From NCBI RefSeq assembly GCF_006345805.1, contig NC_043001.1, forward strand, positions 107,756,001-107,820,000: a stretch of 64,000 bases of DNA, written 5' to 3'. How positions within the stretch are numbered: position 1 is the first letter of the stretch; each line of letters starts with the position of its first letter. The translations under genes were made by a program, and so were the position numbers. The stretch is from Octopus sinensis. Taxonomy: Eukaryota. The notes beneath the pieces are model-generated. The model was not told the origin of the DNA. It saw nothing but the letters and a program-made list of their open reading frames with translations, and did not search any database. Below are positions 12,215 through 25,229 of the stretch, one piece after another.

Positions 12215-12830
12215 GGAGAGAATTGTTTGATGAAATGTACTTCCATTGCTTTTCGGTATTGCGTATCGTCCCGGGAACATTTGTAAAAGGGAAAAATTTT
12301 GAATTTTCCGTCGCTGCATATTTCCGGATGCTCAGTGGATTCTTGCATAAGTCCTCTTGTAGGATATGTTGCCTGTGGGTTCTTGCACGTTGGCAGAGGG
12401 AATTATTTGTTTCGCCAATGTAATTTTCTTTGCAGTTTCGGCAGGTAATGCAGTATATAAGGTTTTGTTTTGCAGTTCATATCTGCCTTTATTTTGAAAA
12501 GGGATCCGCTCTTAAATTTTATATGTGAACCACTTTCCAAGTATTTGAAGTTGTTGATGTTACTGTATGCTCCACATCTCCTATCTCCACATTCTTTTAC
12601 TAAGAATTTGGATTCATTCTCTGATTTGAATTCTACCCTAGTGAGGTGTTTTTATCCATTATTGTTCCTTCTGAGTGTCTTGGTTCTTCCTTCTATTAGG
12701 TATGGTTTGTTAACATTTCCAGTATTTTATCTTTATAATAGGCCTTGTCCATGATTACTATCGCCCCTCCCTTTTCGGATTCTTTTAGGATGACTGAATT
12801 GTCATTCTTCAATGTAGAAAATTCAGGAAG
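12215..12830 (-). mobile_element. Penelope-like element remnant: RT N-terminal motif next to a GIY-YIG endonuclease
   Basis: 'LKNDNSVILKESEKGGAIVIMDKAYY', then 'CGDRRCG', 'NLIYCITCRNCKENYIGET' and 'RKAMEVHFIKQFSPK', with frameshifts and stops. Confidence 0.88.
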
Positions 12831-12834
12831 AAAT

Positions 12835-13085
12835 CCGAAGTGTAGGAGGTAGAGACAGGATAAAACATCTATATATAGATGGAATTTACAAAAAGACAAA
12901 AGACGAAGACAGGTGTATAAACAACTAACAAGTGTATTAGTTTAACGCTCAGGAAGGTGAGAAAGTCTTTTACGTTTCGAGCCTACGCTCTTCAACAGAA
13001 AAGAACACGACAAAATAAACAAAGGAAAAAACTTTAGTAAGAAAAAACGACAATCGGAAAAAGCAGAAAGTACAAAAAAATTATG
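12835..13085 (-). mobile_element. Penelope pLTR-like segment (family P2) upstream of the RT remnant
   Basis: contains CTGTTGA-A-GAGC(gtag)GCTC-GAAAC-GTA at 12965-13004; shares 'ttcctgagcgt.aa..taatac' with P1; second copy at 58770-58960. Confidence 0.6.
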
Positions 13086-13974
13086 GATAGATAGATAGAT
13101 AGATACTATAAATATCCATATAACTTCTGTGTACCAATTTTATACACAGAACTCTGACCGGACTGATACTATAACAGCAAACATTTTCCAGGGTATCACT
13201 TACTGCGATCGAACGTGAAACCACATATCAGTGAAGCGAAGTTCTTAACCTCAAAGCTATTTATGGTGAACCATTTTCAGTGTATATCATACTACATCCG
13301 TGTGTTTATCTCCAGAAACTAAAAAGACAGTCGATATTAATTAGTGCATGAGAAGACTTGGAATGTAAACACTAACATTAGCCGAATTTGGTGAATATAT
13401 TATTCAAACAAACGTTCATATAAGCTCGGTATATCAAATAGATATATTCCTATTTTGTACCTGAAATAAATCACATTACATACATATCTCATTCAGATAT
13501 AATCCATTAATATGAGTAAAGTAAGGGTTAGATATTAAAAAAAAGGAAAAAACACATTTATTTGTTCCTATAATACTATGAATATCTACGGTTTTAACGC
13601 ATTTTCTTACATTCTTTATTTCCTTTTATCCGTTTATATGCAATACATGAAAATAATATCTGTTTATCGATATGTTTATATTAATAAAACAGAAGTATCT
13701 TATTGGCTAGACTCACCTATGGATCTGTTTACTTCAATACAGTCTATTTTCTTGTTTTACACATCCATAATCCATTAACCAGTAATAATACTTGGTTACA
13801 AATAATCTACAGATACACTTCTGTGTGTTCGTTTCTCTGTTCGACTATTTTCTTTATTTCTTTTAATCTCATAACAGCAGTTGTTGTTTCGGATTATTTA
13901 AAATCCCTTCCTATATTATATTTGACAATTTATGCATTTCTATCCATCTGTCTGTCGAAATGCATACACACATG

Positions 13975-13975
13975 C

Positions 13976-14051
<76 letters not shown>

Positions 14052-14122
14052 GGAGAGAGAGAGAGACATACATATATGCACGCATGCACAGACACATGCA
14101 CACTCACACAAATGTATGTATG

Positions 14123-14154
<32 letters not shown>

Positions 14155-14214
14155 TATATACATATATATATACATACATATATATATATATTATATATAT
14201 ATATATTATATATA

Positions 14215-14260
<46 letters not shown>

Positions 14261-14265
14261 TATGT
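13975..14265. repeat. compound (TA)n/(GA)n microsatellite
   Basis: visible simple repeats. Confidence 0.95.
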
Positions 14266-15369
14266 ATGTATCTGACACTGTGGAAGCCGGTTATTTTAAT
14301 CACAGTCGATGCTATCTAATGCTGATTTTTATCTAAATGGTTATATCCCGAATTGATCAAAATATGATACTTCCGCACACACGCGCACACACATACACAC
14401 ACACACACACACACAACAAAACAAACAAACAAACAAACAAACACATATGTTTTAATACACAGGGAGAGACGCGCAGTTAAACACAGAGGGACAGAATACA
14501 GTGCGAGTGAATGGTAAGCCAACGCTGGGAGCAAATAATAATTTTTATTGTATCTGTTGATATACAAACCTAATGGCTTCTTAAAACTGTCTCCATTTGA
14601 GCTCCTCTATAACTAATCGGTAAAGTTCTTAGGTTATTTTCAATCTAGTTGAATTAGTATAAAACACCCAGCAAATTCAATGATTAAGTGTACCATGATT
14701 TATTAGTCATTTGAAAACAATCAATAAGAAATGTACGTAGAGTTTTGAATTTTAAAAAAATATTTTCACTTTACTAATGTGATTTGTACATTAATTTAGA
14801 AATAGAAATAAAATGGAACACTTTATAACAAGATGCGAATCCAAAACAACAAATAAAATCGACACATATGGAAGACGTTGGCTAATAAAACCAAATGTAA
14901 TTTATCGCCGAGGTGTACGTATGTCTACCTTAATATCTGTGTAAGCTGTTCGTTCGTAGAGTATTGATTAACTTCTGCTTGTGCAGTGGAACACTCGCTT
15001 GCTGCATAGGACGTTAGTTTGTGAGTTGGCAAGAATCAATGGAGCATTGTGTTATTGTATGGCTTAGAAACAGCACAGGTGGAAGGAAAGGGGGGGGTGA
15101 AAAGTTCATGTCGAGTTAACCTGTTACAGCACCTGATATGTCAGTGGACACGGCTAAATTCGTTTCTAATATAACACATACCATCAGACACAATCACTCC
15201 ATGTGCAGATAGGCATTAATTAAATAAGCACTTGTGCAAAGTTGATTAAGTGTTCAGCTCCAAAGGTGTCGATTATCTACCTGTTTTGCTTGCAGTATGT
15301 TCATAACTCTATTAAGGAAAGCATGAAGCTCAGAAGTCAGATTTTATTTCTTAAACCCTATTAACTGTA

Positions 15370-15864
15370 AGGCGTAGGATTGGCTGTGTGGTAAGTAGCT
15401 TGCTTACGAACCACATGGTTCCGGGTTCATTCCAACTGCGTGGCACCTTGGGCAAGTGTCTTCTACTATAGCCTCGGCCGACCAAAGCCTTGTGAGTGGA
15501 TTTGGTAGACGGAAACTGAAAGAAGCCTGTCGTATATATGTATGTATGTATGTATGTATATATATATATATGTATGTATGTATGTATGAATATATGTATG
15601 TATGTATTATGTATGTATGTATGTATGTATGTATGTATGTGTGCGTATGTTTGTGTGTCTGTGTTTGTCCCCCCCCCAACATCGCTTTACAACCAATGCT
15701 GGTGTATTAACGTCCCCGTAACTTAGCGGTTCGGTAAAAGTGACCGATAGAATAAGTACTAGGCTTGCAAAGAATAAGTCCTGGGGTCGATTTGCTCGAC
15801 TGAAGGCGGTGCTCCAGCATGGTCACAGTCACATGACTGAAACAAATAAAAGAGTAAAAGAGTA
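15370..15864 (+). mobile_element. SINE family S3 (CORE-like), full length with internal (TATG)n
   Basis: A box 'tggctgtgtgg'; CORE-like 'accttgggcaagtgtcttctactatagcctcgg'; flanking aactgta repeat. Confidence 0.9.
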
Positions 15865-16283
15865 AACTGTATCCATCATAGCCTAAAATTTAAATTACAA
15901 ATATTTCATGGCGGCTATAGCAAGGAAAATATAGAGTGTGGGACGGGAAGTGATTCAGTTAGAGCAGGTGAAAAGAAAAACGGTGGGGGGGGTGCTGAAT
16001 GAGAGGAGGGGAATATGGCAGAGGAAGTATAATAACGATTGCGGTGTTCTAGAAGCTGCGAGCTGGATGGCGTCCAATATGACAAAAGGACCAAGTGAGA
16101 AAGAGACAGTTCGGGGGTTGACTTAGTACTAGCAGCAGGGCCAAAAAGAGAAGCTGGGAAAATACGATAAAAGGAGAGAGAATAAAAAATAAAAGATAAA
16201 GTGAGGGTAAAGAGAGTTATGTACAGTGAGAGCAGGTAACAAAAAAGAGAAAAAAAAAACAGAGAAAAATGAATGAAGGGGAA

Positions 16284-16315
<32 letters not shown>

Positions 16316-16764
16316 GAAAACATAGAGCGCATATTACTTACGAATGGAGTATTCAGTCGATGGAAAATTCATCCCGAATTGAATAAAAATTTACTCACAG
16401 ATCTCACTTTTGTGTCTAGAAAGTGTATTTAAATACCTGTCTATAGATAAACTATGTATACAACATTAAAAAGAAAGCACTGTAAATATATTAATTATTT
16501 GTATACACACATTCGCACACACTCGTACCCACACACTCATACGCGCACAAACGAATGTGTACTTACATATATATATATATACATAAATGTATGTATGTGA
16601 GAGGCTATTTGTGTCCATGTATCAGAATGTTTTAATGTATCGTTGTAAAATAATACTTTGCGCTTTGAAGTTTGCTGAAAACGGTTACTTAGCCAGTCGC
16701 AAAATATAGATATGTTTAAACAAGTTACCTTATTTAAATAAGTATTGCTTTGTTCACAAACACA

Positions 16765-16925
16765 CACATACACACACACTCACACACACAAATACATACA
16801 TACATACATACATACATACATACATACATACATACACACATACATACATACATACATACATACATACATACATACATACATACATACATACATACATACA
16901 TACATACGCACGTACATACATACAT
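16765..16925. repeat. (CA)n/(TACA)n microsatellite
   Basis: visible simple repeat. Confidence 0.95.
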
Positions 16926-16926
16926 A

Positions 16927-17175
16927 ACTGAAGCACTAGGTTTTGTCAGTGAATGCAGAAAGGAGAATCTGGATAAACAGGGATTTTCAGAGAGAGAAAT
17001 CGACCAGCTGATTCGTACATTACAAGTGCAATCTGTGAGTGGAACAGTAAAAATATGCAAGATTTTTCTCAAGTTACAAATGCGAATTTGTCTGTATTAA
17101 CTACATCCCCAAAATGGAGCCTTGAATCTTTATTGGAAACCGGCTCCCTCCTCCGTGGAAGATTTATAATAATTA
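16927..17175 (+). mobile_element. R4/Dong-like RLE LINE, 5'-truncated 3' end
   Basis: 'EALGFVSECRKENLDKQGFSEREIDQLIRTLQVQSVSGTVKICKIFLK' starts right after (TACA)n; 3' UTR motif 'ggagccttg...gaaaccggctc'. Confidence 0.75.
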
Positions 17176-17387
17176 AAAAATAGAAGAGACATGTATATAT
17201 AGCAATGTTGCTATATGATTGTGAAAAGATGGAAAACTGTAAGCCAGACTAGCAACATCTCCATCAATGATTTGTCTGATTCTCCTATATTTGATGAGGA
17301 ATGTTACAGGTATCTAGTGGTGGATGAAAATATATCTTGCAACGACACCTGAAAAAAACACGTTTCATTAAAGAATATTTAACACAC

Positions 17388-17745
17388 TGGGATATTTAAT
17401 ACACTGCCTAAATTCCCTGAGAAATTAGGCTTCTCAAAACCAGCAAGGAGAAAGCTGATTCGAAGACTACAGATCCAATCCATCACTGAAACTAGAAATT
17501 TGTAAAACTTTCCAGAAGTTTATTATTGAAATATATAACGAGCATGTCTAGATATGCGAATAAATGCTTGAAAATACATACACAAAGAATAAACAAAACA
17601 TACAAATCTACACGTATGCATACATACATGTATACAAAATTATCCTGTTGATGTTGAAATTCCACTGAAGAAACCTTGGCGCTAGGTTAGAAACCGGCTC
17701 CTTTTTTATTGGCAAGAAATCTTAAAATAAAATTGAATAATATAT
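17388..17745 (+). mobile_element. R4/Dong-like RLE LINE 3' fragment
   Basis: 'EKLGFSKPARRKLIRRLQIQSIT' plus the UTR 'gttgatgttgaaattcc...ttggcaagaaatctt' shared with 27164-27845 and 53416-53620. Confidence 0.8.
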
Positions 17746-18629
17746 CCATTAGCATGGACCCTCAGGAATTCTGGAGGGTGCTGTCCAACATGCTGGAAAA
17801 ACTACTGCTTTGTCAAAGGATCTCCCTATGAGACATGAATCTATTTCATTTAATCTAGGGACTAATTCATATCAAAGAATAAAAAGGATAGAAAATAAAT
17901 TCAAGGAAACATGATATTAATAGTTAACGCAATTTTATATGCAGGTAATTCAGTTGACTAAACGGAATCCATTTTACTCACACTGGGGACCACATCATCA
18001 CAAATAAAGGAGAGGATGGAAATCATTTAGAGCAAAACACCAAATACATTTTAGGAAACACGAATTAATTATAAGAGATAATGCACTGGTTATGTTTATG
18101 CATGAACAGGCTAATTTAGTAATTCATTTAAAACATATCGTACTTTCGTCAAATACCAGTCAGCCATGTTTATTAACTAATTTAGCGATGCAGAAGCAGG
18201 ATGAGAAACAGCCGAATCAGCCTTTCTGGCTTTGTTAGTGTTGTTTGGTCCATCGTGAGCGCTAATAAAAGATGGTGGTTATCAAAGGTTTTCTAACAAA
18301 AGCCATCTTTACCTATTCTACATCAAGAAGAGCTGTATTGTCTTTATATAAGGGAAAAGTATGATTTGTAAGGGGCGGATTTAGCTGTCATTTCTGCCAG
18401 TTCACGTGGTTGTATAAATGTTCCATAGATTAGCTTTTGCTGGGTTGGCGTTCTTAGTACGTTCGTAATTCGATAAAATGCAGTAACGTACACATACGCG
18501 TGCATATTTACTCAAACACACACACACACACACACGCACACGCACACACACACACACCACACACACACAAACACAGTCATACACACACATACGCACGCAC
18601 ACATAATATATATAGCAATATATATAGTA

Positions 18630-19142
18630 CTAGCATTATCGCCCGGCGTTGCTCGGGTTTGTAAGGGAAATAACTATATAAACATTTTTAGAGAGTTACT
18701 TCCCTTATAGATGCCAATTCGGGCTTTCTTAGCCATTTCTGTTTTGGTGTCTTCAAGCCATGAAGTCGTTGTTCTAAAAGAACGCTGGTCTCCTTGACAA
18801 CGCTTTACGACGTTGATTTCCTTACACTCCCTTCCACACAGCTTCACGAGGGAGGGAAGAAGGGAGAGAAGCAAACAGGTGCAGGTGTGACCATGGACGC
18901 CAACTCCGCCGCCATCGACACACGAAAAATTATGCATTAAAATGGAATAAAAAATGATGTTAAATTATTTTTAAAATCGTAGACTCATCGTAGACGCGCG
19001 CTAATACTCAGACGTGCTCGATATGAATCACGACTATAAAATACCCGAATTTGGTTAAACTGCACCGCAAAATGTGGGAGTAGTTAGGAATCTAAATCGA
19101 AGGGGACAGACACTCACACAACTACAGTTTTATATATATAGA
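18630..19142 (-). mobile_element. non-autonomous Helitron-like element
   Basis: minus strand starts TC, has the subterminal hairpin cccgagcaacgccggg (18642-18657) and ends CTAG; sits at an A|T site; related to 62322-62700. Confidence 0.8.
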
Positions 19143-19214
19143 TATATTTATAAGCAATCAAGAAAGCGGAAACATGAATCTCTGAAGGTTTGAATAAATT
19201 GAATATATACACAA

Positions 19215-19600
19215 ATACATACATTTATACAGACAGACACACACACACGCCACGCACACACACACACATACACGCACGCACACACACACACACACACACA
19301 CCACACACACACACACACACCACACACACACACATATATATATACATACATACTTGCATACCTACGCGCACAAAAATGCATATATATATATACTTGATTG
19401 TATATATGTGTATACATATATAAATACATATATAAGCGCATATATACATTTATAACTGTGTGTATGTATGTATATATATTATATATAACTATATATATAA
19501 AAGGGTGTGTTTGTATGCATGTATGTACGTATATATGTAAGTATTCATTTATGTATGCATGTATGTGTATATGTACGTATGTAAGTGTGCATGTATGTAC
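19215..19600. repeat. compound (CA)n/(TA)n/(TATG)n tract
   Basis: visible simple repeats. Confidence 0.9.
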
Positions 19601-20364
19601 GTGCGTACATATGCTCGCAAGCGGAAAGAGTCGAAGACATTTGATTTGTAATGGAAGAATGATTGAGAAAAACTTGTTGAACATTTCATAAATTCTACCC
19701 ACGAGACAAACAAGACTAAATGTTATTTATTATTTCATGTCGCATTGTGTTTTCTTCTACAGAACATCAACCATGTTTTACTTAACTGTCAAAAGAGCAG
19801 CTCTAAAGTGGATTAGGTTGAATGTTGAGCTTTGATATGGAAACTAAGAAGTGCCTGTTAAGCCAGCCTACACGCAAGCATAATTTATCTACTAAATGTT
19901 CATTGGACATAAAAAGAAACATAAAAATATTTCTATTCAATTAATTTGAATTATACTCTTTTGCTACTCACGGTAAATGGAATTATGTTCCAAGATTTTA
20001 GACGTTACATAACGTCTTGAAAATCACACGGGAATTCAAACCCACTAAGCTATAATTTTATAGAATAATAAATACAAAATGTGTCACGGATCAAAGTAGT
20101 TTTGTTTTTGTTTGTTGGCATTTTCTTTTATGAGATATTGATCGCCAGAACGGTAATGGGTCAAGTGGAAAGGCGTTGGTTCACATTCAGTTACCGGCTT
20201 TGAAACATCTATAGCCAAAATACTAATAAATCACTTCATACAGCTAAGACATAAACAACAGTACTACGACTCTATTAAATGTGTTTGTGCTTACCTCTAC
20301 TTCATTATGTGTATATAGCTTCAAGCGAAATGATCCCTCCAAAGGTAGTTTATATATAAATATT

Positions 20365-20766
20365 TTTTTCTGCGCTAGGTACAAGGCCGGAATTTTTTTT
20401 TGGGGGGGGGGTGAGGGAGGGTCAATCAGATCGACCCCAGTGCGTAACTAGTACTTAATTTATCGACCCCGAAAGGATGAAAGGTAAAGTCAACCTCGGT
20501 AGAATTTGAACTCCGTAGCGGCAGACGAAATACCTAATTCTTTACTACCCACAAGGGGCTAAACACAGAGCGGGACACACAAGGACAGACATAGGTATTA
20601 AGTCGATTACATCGACCCCAGTGCGTAACTGGTACTCAATTTATCGACCCCGAAACGATGAAAGGCAGAGTCGACCTCGGCGGAATTTGAACTCACAACG
20701 TAACGCAGACGAAATACCGTTAAGCATTTCGCCCGGCGTGCTAACGATGCTGCCAACTCACTTCCT
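20365..20766 (-). mobile_element. SINE family S2 dimer (T-tail unit plus U-tail unit)
   Basis: junction near 20525-20545; imperfect TSD tagtttat..ataaatatt at 20346-20364 and 20767-20785. Confidence 0.88.
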
Positions 20767-20798
20767 TAGTTTATCAATAAATATTGCATGTAAACTTT

Positions 20799-21205
20799 AA
20801 GGCGGCGAGCTGACAGAATCGTTAGCACGCCGGGCGAAATGCGTAGCCGTATTTCGTCTGCTGTTACGTTCTGAGTTCAAATTCCGCCGAGGTCGACTTT
20901 GCCTTTCATCCTTTTGGGGTCCATTAAATAAGTACCAGTTACGCACTGGGGTCGATATAATCGACTTAATCCGTTTGTCTGTCCTTGTTTGTCCTCTCTG
21001 CGTTTAGCCCCTTTGTGGGTAGTAAAAAAATAAAAAATAAATATTTCATCCATCTTTACGGTCTGAGTTCAATTTCCACCATGGTCGATTTTACCTTTCA
21101 TCCTTCGAGGATGATAGAATAAATACCTGTTGAGCACTGGGGTCAATCTAATCGATTTTGCCCCTCCTCCAAAATTGTTTGTCTTGTACAATTTTGAACT
21201 AATAT
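20799..21205 (+). mobile_element. SINE family S2 dimer (T plus U), head-to-head with the previous copy
   Basis: full head 'aaggcggcgagctgacagaatcg'; second unit re-enters at 'atatttcatcc' near 21042. Confidence 0.85.
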
Positions 21206-21349
21206 TATAATAGACTAAATCTCCAACAATATATCTCCTGCTATAGAGCAATGGCGTTTAGAAACCGTTATATTATACTTGATTTATCATATTATAAGTA
21301 TATCTTATAAACAGATGCTTTCATTGTGACAGACAATATTGCATGATGA

Positions 21350-21735
21350 GTGGAGGCGCAATGGCCCAGTGGTTAGGGCAGCGGACTCGCGGTCATAGGA
21401 TCGTGGTTTCGATTCCCAGACCGGGCGTTGTGAGTGTTTATTGAGCGAAAACACCTAAAGCTCCACGAGGCTCCGGCAGGGATGGTGGTGAACCCTGCTG
21501 TACTCTTTCACCACAACTTTCTCTCACTCTTACTTCCTGTTTCTGTTGTACCTGTATTTCAAAGGGCCGGCCTTGTCACTCTCTGTGTCACGCTGAATAT
21601 CCCCGAGAACTACGTTAAGGGTACACGTGTCTGTGGAGTGCTCAGCCACTTACACGTTAATTTCACGAGCAGGCTGTTCCGTTGATTCGGATCAACCGGA
21701 ACCCTCATCGTCGTAACCGACGGAGTGCTTCCATC
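21350..21735 (+). mobile_element. SINE family S1, full length
   Basis: near-identical to 6941-7330; TSD ATTGCATGATGA at 21338-21349 and 21736-21747. Confidence 0.92.
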
Positions 21736-23502
21736 ATTGCATGATGATAAAAGAGATTATTTCAAAATGCCTTCTCAGATCGAAATGAGTATAAGTTTAC
21801 TGTTGAAAATTTTGTATTTTACAAACCTAAGGTATCGAAGTTATCGTGTTTCTTTCTCCGAGTCGTCTTTCGAGTTTACATTTGGTGTTTCTTTACTAAT
21901 GCAGAAACTATGTTAGCATTTGTGGAGGTTTGTGAGTTTGGTGTTTGTTGTTACAAATTGTAATTTTTTTTGTATTCTTGCCACTGATGCTGACAAAAGC
22001 CATTAAACCTGAAAACGCAGGAAAAGTCTCCATTTTATCATTAATTCGACATAATTCTGATTCGCAAAAATTTATCAACCTGAAAGTGTTGGATGTGTTT
22101 CCATTTTCACTAACAATAGAGTTAATTTTCATGGGTAGAAAGCAAAGACGTTAGAGAAAATATATCACTTTATTTGATTAGTTCTGCTTTTAGACTTTTG
22201 GAGGCGTTGAATTTGTTTTCTGTTGAGCATTACAGGTATATGTGATATAATTCATATGTATATATTCTTTATAGAAGATATATCTTGTGGGATTTTGTTT
22301 AAGCAGGTTCACATGTATTTAGGACTGATTTCCTTGGAGTGTTTATTAAATATAGCAAGCTTGTATTTTCATTTTTTTAAAAACCGCTGTGCAGCATAAA
22401 CAATTATGAGTGTAACAAGAAGCTTCAAGATTTGTCATACAACATAGCAAAGAGCGAAGTTTTGATACTCATTTTGAGTTAAAGCCTTGGCGTTCAGGGT
22501 ATGTTTTCTGTTGCGCCAAGGGCATACGTATTTCTACTATGCTCTGTCGTACCAAGAAGACATATCTATCGCCCCTTCTCCACTGACTTCGTAAGAATAA
22601 AATCAATTCTTCGACGCATAAAGATTACTAATAATAGAGTATATTTTCTGTTTCATAAATCTAAGTCTTGTCCTTAGAATTAAACTAATTTGTTAATTAG
22701 CCAGAAGGGAAGACGCAGTACTCTTGACATTTGCAGGTAATTCTTGATCTTTGATATCGATTCAGCTTGATGTCCAGCTTTAACATCCACATATGACACC
22801 TTCCGTAATAATTAGACACAGAAAGAAATTGTACAGATAAACGTAACGTGAAGCAAAGAAATTAAGAAATTAGTGTTGATTCTAAGGTCAAGTATTTAAT
22901 AAAGGATCACAACAGTGATGAAATAATAATAGGAGACCGGTGTGGCGGGTTGAACTAGGCTTAGAAGATATGCTGGGGCCTTATTTCGAAGAAAATACAC
23001 GCTGTAGAAAAAAAATACAGTAACAATGATCTCTAAATAGATAGATAGATATTAGTGAATGTGTGTACGTACATGTGTGTATAGTATTGTGATTGCTAGT
23101 ATGTATGTATATAAACATACCTACGTACCTCGTACATTTATGCGTGTACGTTATAAACTTTCACTTTTGTACGTGTTTGAATAGGGTTTTAATACATTTG
23201 TCAGGTAAATAAACTTAAGTCACAAATTCCGTACTAAAGTTAAATTCAAGCGAAGAATCATTTCTCCACAAATAACTTCATTCAATATCAAGAGTAATGC
23301 ATGCGATATTTCAACGTCTGACATACAAGTCGAATTTGCCAGACTAAATGTTAGGGTGACTAATACACCATGATGACTTTGGAGGGCCAAAAATTCCATA
23401 TAAATTCAATGGGATTTGGAATGATAGTAACAATGTTTGAATGTCTACAGTAAATGTTTATACTATATACTACATTGACTTGAATACCAGTAATCCTCGT
23501 AA

Positions 23503-24306
23503 GACGGCGAGCTAGCAGAAACGTTAGTACGCCGGGCGAAATGCTTTGCGATATTTCGTCTGCCGCTACGTTTTGAGTTCAAATTCCGCCGAGGTCGACT
23601 TTGCTTTTCATCCTTTCGGGGTCGATTAAATAAGTACCAGTTACGCACTGGGGTCGATATAATCGACTTAATCCGTTTGTCTGTCTCCTCTCTGTGTTTA
23701 ACCCCTTGTGGGTAGTAAAAAAAATAGGTATTTCGTCTGTCTTTACGTTCTGTGTTCAAGTTCCGCCGAGGTTGACTTTGCCTTTCATCCTTTCGGGGTC
23801 GATAAATCAATTACCAGTTGCGTACTGGGGTCGATGTAATTGACTGGCTCCCTCCCACCAAACTTTTGGGCCTTGTGCCTAGAGTAGAACAGAATAATTC
23901 ACGTAAGACGGAGAGCTGGCAGAAACGTTAGCACGCCGGGTGAAAGGCATTGTGGTATTTCGTCTGTCTTCAAATTCCGATGAGGTCGACTTTGATTTTT
24001 ATCCTTTTGAGGTCGATATATTAAGTACCAGTCGCGTACTGGGGTCGATGTAATCGACAGGCCCTCTCCCCATAAATTTCGGGCCTTGTGCCTAGAGAAG
24101 AAAAGAATAATTCTCGTAAGACGGCGAGCTGGCAGAATCGTTAGCACGCCGGGTGAAATGCTTTGCGGTATTTCGTCTGTCTTTACGTTCTGAGTTCGAG
24201 TTCCGCGGAGGTCGACTTTGCCTTTGATCCTTTCGGAGTCGATAGATTAAGTACCAGTTTCGTACCCCTCACCAAAATTTCAGGCTTTGTGCCTAGAGTA
24301 GAAAAG
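23503..24306 (+). mobile_element. tandem cluster of S2 SINEs (one dimer and two monomers)
   Basis: three heads at about 23503, 23907 and 24120, each bounded by an 'aataattctcgtaa'-like spacer. Confidence 0.88.
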
Positions 24307-24811
24307 AATAATTCTCGTAAACACAAATAATATGTATTGAATTTTCAGACGATCCTCAGTCTATTTGCTTGGCATTCTAGAAATATCTTAACCGACACAC
24401 TTCCGACCTTAAAAACAAGGAAAGGATATTTGAATAAGCTCGTCTAACATAAACTTCGTCTGAAATGAGTAGACGGTCTCAACTAGAATTCTTTTGATCA
24501 TAAATCTACTCAGTCAGATCTGAACAAAACAACAACAACAAGATAATCAATTGTGTTATATATTATCTACTCACTAATTAATCGCCATAGACAAGTAACC
24601 AAGCATTATCTACTTAAGTGGAGGAAATATATTGGTTTCTGCTTCAGTAAGTTGTGTGAAGATTTAGATCATCTGCAGAAGGAATTACTTTCCAAATACT
24701 GTTTCAGCTCTCTCCAACCGTTATTTGTATCTTATTCTGTAACACCTTTACATTTGTGCCAACCAGGCTGCTAGTAGTCAACGAAATGGCCTTCACATGT
24801 TGGTGATTGTG

Positions 24812-25125
24812 AAGTTGCATGGCTTAGTGGTTACGGTATTCGGCTCACGGTTGTGAGTTCAATTCCCGGTGGAGCGTTGTGTCCTGGAGCAAGACACTTT
24901 ATTTCATGTGGCTCCAGTCCACTGAGGTGGCAAAGATGAATAGTACCTCTGTATTTGAATGAGCCAGCCTTGTCACATTCCATGTCACGCTGAATCTTTC
25001 TGAGAGTTGCGTTGAGGATACATGTGTCTGTGGTGTGCTCAGCCACTTGCACGCTAATTCCTCGAGATCGCTGTTCCGTTGAGTGGATCGACTGGAATGC
25101 TTGTAATCGTAATCGACGGATATTA
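24812..25125 (+). mobile_element. diverged SINE with a different head and centre but the S1 3' tail
   Basis: 'ttgtgtcctggagcaagacacttt' centre; tail 'gccttgtcacatt...gtgctcagccacttgcacg' as in S1. Confidence 0.7.
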
Positions 25126-25229
25126 ATTTGATTGATATGCTAGAAACAGAAGACATAAGTTCCACAAATCAAGCAACACAATTGTAAAAAAAAAAAAAGA
25201 TAGAATTTGAGAGATACAAAGTTCGATCC

